64,000 nucleotides of DNA from Macrostomum lignano. Lineage: Eukaryota. The notes beneath the pieces were generated by a model. The model ran no database searches and had not been told where the DNA came from. It worked only from the letters and a program-made list of their open reading frames with translations. The DNA is taken from positions 4,772-68,771 of the forward strand of contig NIVC01003936.1 of assembly GCA_002269645.1 (NCBI GenBank). Reading direction: 5' to 3'. Shown in pieces: positions 60,424 through 64,000 of the stretch. The position numbers and the translations under genes were made by a program. Positions within the stretch are counted from its first letter, which is position 1, and each line of letters starts with the position of its first letter.

Positions 60424-62407
60424 GCCGTGATGCGGTGCCACGTGCCGCAGCTCTGGCTCGGTGTACAGATGGCGGCTCGGGTGTACAGACGGCGGCTCGG
60501 GTGTACAGATGGCGGCTCGGCTGGTTCCGCTCGGGTTTCCCACTGCCTGGCCGAAGCGGAGCGGCTGCCTTCCGCCAATTTCAGCTTTCCGGGAAACGAC
60601 AGAACGACAGATCGGTCAGACGCCATTCGTTGGCCGCCTGCCCTATCCATGGACTTTTAAGCCAATACCAATCTGGATTGGAAACACCAGGCCCAGCTTC
60701 AAGCAACAGTTCGCGATGATCTTCACTTTCGCCTAAGCGCTTCGCATGAGTTCCGAAAAAGTTTCCCCAGCCTGAGCGAGTCAGCCATCCGCGACTGCGA
60801 CCTCCTGGAAAATATCAAGAAGAACGCTTCAGCCGGCGAAGAAGCGCCCACTTCTTCTTTTGTTTGTCCATGGACTTTTAAAAAAACCCGGATGCTTGGC
60901 TTCAGTGTAGGATTCCACGGCTGCGGAGCGGGTGGCATGGGGTGGCATGGGGGTGGCATATGGCACCGGGGGGGGCGCATAAGTGCCTGTCGCAGTGCTT
61001 GGCTGCGGCTGCGCCCAGGCCGGAGAGGCGGCAGGGCAGGCGGCCGCCCGGATATTCCTGCCTGCAGCTTTGGCCCGGAAGGGTCGCGGCGGCAGCTGCA
61101 CAGAGTTGGAAATTGTGCAACAAATTAACTGCGATACCCCCAGCAGCGGCGGGCGCAGCCATCATCCCAGCATGGAATTCTTCCCATCCCGGATCTGCGG
61201 GGCAGGGGGGGACATTTCCCAGGAGAGCTGGCGGGTCAGGCAGCTGGATGGGAAATCGATGCAGCTTTATTGGCGGGCAATAATTTCAGAATTTTATTCG
61301 ACCTCCCGCTGGGCTTCCCCAGCTGCAGCCCGAACCGCTGTTCTGCTTTTCGATTTCTGCGGTTGCGGGGGTAGCGGGCTACCAAAGTCTGCCTGGCTCT
61401 CATGCTCAGCGTCGCTCCTTGTAGCTCAGCTGCAACTCATTTTTGTCGGGGCCTGTGGCTTCCTGCATGCCGTTTTGGAGTTTTGGATAGATTTTCAAAC
61501 ATTATTAAGTATTATTGTTATTATCTGCAACTGGAAGTGGACAGGGCCCAATAGCACCAATGGTGCCCCATGGCTACGAAAAGGAGAAGTGGAAAGGAAG
61601 TAAAAGAAGACAAAGAAAAAGAGAAGCCTAAAAATTGATCAAGGCGGTCTTTGAGACACTTGGCTCTTGAAAATGGATGGCTTGATGCCAGGATTAGCTA
61701 ATGCTGCAGGTTGAGCATTCCATAATTTACAGTAAGTGGGGATGAAGCACCGCTTTTGTTAGCTAATTGATTTGAAGCTGGAGCTAAAGGAGGGAGGGAG
61801 CTGCTGAGGTTCACAGGAGCCTTGACGCCGCAGAAGTCCATGGACAAAGGCAAGTCCACCAACAGTCCTTCGAGTCCCAAGTCTATATGGAAACTTTAAG
61901 AAGTCACCAATGATCCTGGAAGCCTTCCGCTCGACAGATTTTAGTGAGAGCTGCGTTGCTACTTGCAGTATAGGTCAGTAAAATATGCACTTTCGATGCA
62001 AGGAATATAATTGCAGCGGTAGATTTCCACTCTGGTAAGGTGGACTTTATAATTAAGCTCGGTATTTCATGTCGTTAAAGACTTTCAGCAGCTTTCATTG
62101 GGTCGAATCCTCACAGAAAAAAATTTTTGCATTGTTCATTAGAATATTCGCTTCGCATTCTTTTATCTCTACTCGTAAGTAGCTAAACTATTGTGTGCGT
62201 AATTTTTGGGAATCAAGAAACTTTGACATGCAACTGACACTACCGTGCATCCAATGCGTCCTGTGTATAGCATTGAGAACATTGTGTGCAAGAGATTGAC
62301 ACGCCTGTCTCATTCTTGCTGCGCATTGCAGCATCGTGAAACCACAGCCCAAATCTTCTGGAAGATTTCAACTGGAGAAACTTCCTGTTCGGGAAGATGA
62401 TTCAGTA

Positions 62408-63935
62408 AGGGAAGATTCCAGTTGGGTAAGATTCCAGTTGGGTAAGATTCCAGTTGGGTAAGATTCCAGTTGGGGAAGATTCCAGTTGGGGAAGATTCCA
62501 GCTGGGGAAGACTCAGCTGGGGAAGACTCAGCTGGGGAAGACTCAGCTGGGGAAGACTCAGCTGGGAAAGACTCAGCTGGGAAAGACTCAGCTGGGGAAG
62601 ACTCAGCTGGGGAAGACTCAGCTGGGGAAGACTCAGCTGGGGAAGACTCAGCTGGGGAAGACTCAGCTGGGGAAGACTCAGCTGGGGAAGATTCCAGTTG
62701 GGGAAGATTCCAGTTGGGTAAGATTCCAGTTGGGTAAGATTCCAGTTGGGTAAGATTCCAGTTGGGGAAGATTCCAGCTGGGGAAGATTCCAGTTGGGGA
62801 AGATTCCAGCTGGGGAAGACTCAGCTGGGGAAGATTCCAGTTGGGGAAGATTCCAGTTGGGTAAGATTCCAGTTGGGTAAGATTCCAGTTGGGTAAGATT
62901 CCAGTTGGGTAAAATTCCAGTTGGGGAAGATTCCAGTTGGGGAAGATTCCAGCTGGGGAAGACTCAGCTGGGGAAGACTCAGCTGGGGAAGACTCAGCTG
63001 GGGAAGACTCAGCTGGGGAAGACTCAGCTGGGGAAGACTCAGCTGGGAAGACTCAGCTGGGGAAGACTCAGCTGGGGAAGACTCAGCTGGGGAAGATTCC
63101 AGTTGGGAAAGACTCAGCTGGGGAAGACTCAGCTGGGGAAGACTCAGCTGGGGAAGATTCCAGTTGGGAAGACTCAGCTGGGGAAGACTCAGCTGGGGAA
63201 GATTCCAGTTGGGGAAGACTCAGCTGGGGAAGACTCAGCTGGGGAAGACTCAGCTGGGGAAGACTCAGCTGGAGAAGATTCCAGTTGGGAAAGACTCAGC
63301 TGGGGAAGACTCAGCTGGGGAAGACTCAGCTGGGGAAGATTCCAGTTGGGAAAGACTCAGCTGGGGAAGACTCAGCTGGGGAAGACTCAGCTGGGAAGTT
63401 TCTAGTTGGGGAAGATTCCAGTTAGGTAAGATTCCAGTTGGGTAAGATTCCAGTTGGGTAAGATTCCAGTTGGGTAAGATTCCAGTTGGGTAAGATTCCA
63501 GTTGGGTAAGATTCCAGTTGGGTAAGATTCAAGTTGGGTAAGATTCCAGTTGGGTAAAATTCCAGTTGGGGAAGATTCCAGTTGGGTAAGATTCCAGTTG
63601 GGTAAGATTCCAGTTGGGTAAGATTCCAGCTGGGGAAGACTCAGCTGGGGAAGACTCAGCTGGGGAAGACTCAGCTGGGGAAGACTCAGCTGGGGAAGAC
63701 TCAGCTGGGGAAGACTCAGCTGGGGAAGACTCAGCTGGGGAAGATTCCAGTTGGGAAAGACTGCAGCTGGGAAGATTCCAGTTGGGAAAGACTGCAGCTG
63801 GGAAGACTCAGCTGGGGAAGACTCAGCTGGGGAAGACTCAGCTGGGGAAGACTCAGCTGGGGAAGACTCAGCTGGGGAAGACTCAGCTGGGGAAGACTCA
63901 GCTGGGGAAGACTCAGCTGGGGAAGATTCCAGCTC
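62408..63935. repeat. ~1.5-kb two-variant satellite (15-bp GGGAAGACTCAGCTG / 16-bp GGTAAGATTCCAGTTG)
   Basis: Blocks of the two related units alternate; explains all ORFs at 62454-63968. Confidence 0.95.
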
Positions 63936-64000
63936 CGAGCTGGCAGAGATTTGCACGATTTGACTCATTTGTTTATGACTCTCCGTCTGAAGCAGTTTTG

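Noticed and set aside
60864-61848. 15-bp inverted pair TTTGTCCATGGACTT as TIRs
   Set aside because: Largely self-palindromic, no TSD, and a third similar site lies nearby.
62454-63968. Multiple ORFs (GKTQL, WGRLS, AGEDS, SPAES)
   Set aside because: All frames are open simply because the 15-bp unit lacks stops; no splice or start context.

Overview
Eukaryotic (invertebrate metazoan) genomic DNA, not prokaryotic. It has spliceosomal GT-AG introns, GC-rich exons, AT-rich tracts and very dense minisatellites. The overall style resembles the flatworm Macrostomum, which is an inference only. Genes supported by motifs and phase-consistent splicing are: a rhodopsin-class GPCR 5' exon; an intronless CK1-like predicted pseudokinase; a 6-exon ~1006-aa protein with ~35 14-aa TP-containing repeats, a coiled coil and a C-terminal CAP-Gly domain; an intronless GT32 glycosyltransferase; a GW182/TNRC6 orthologue; a 16-exon ABCC/MRP1-type transporter in which 11 of 15 introns each carry a different tandem repeat; an intronless disordered protein ending in a RHIM-like motif and flanked by direct repeats; and a 2-exon secreted 8-Cys protein. 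Mobile DNA includes five RTE-clade LINE fragments, a full-length but disrupted mariner, Tc1, Crypton and PHD relics, and several MITE/foldback elements, many carrying a CCATAGAC motif. No CRISPR, rRNA or tRNA is supported.
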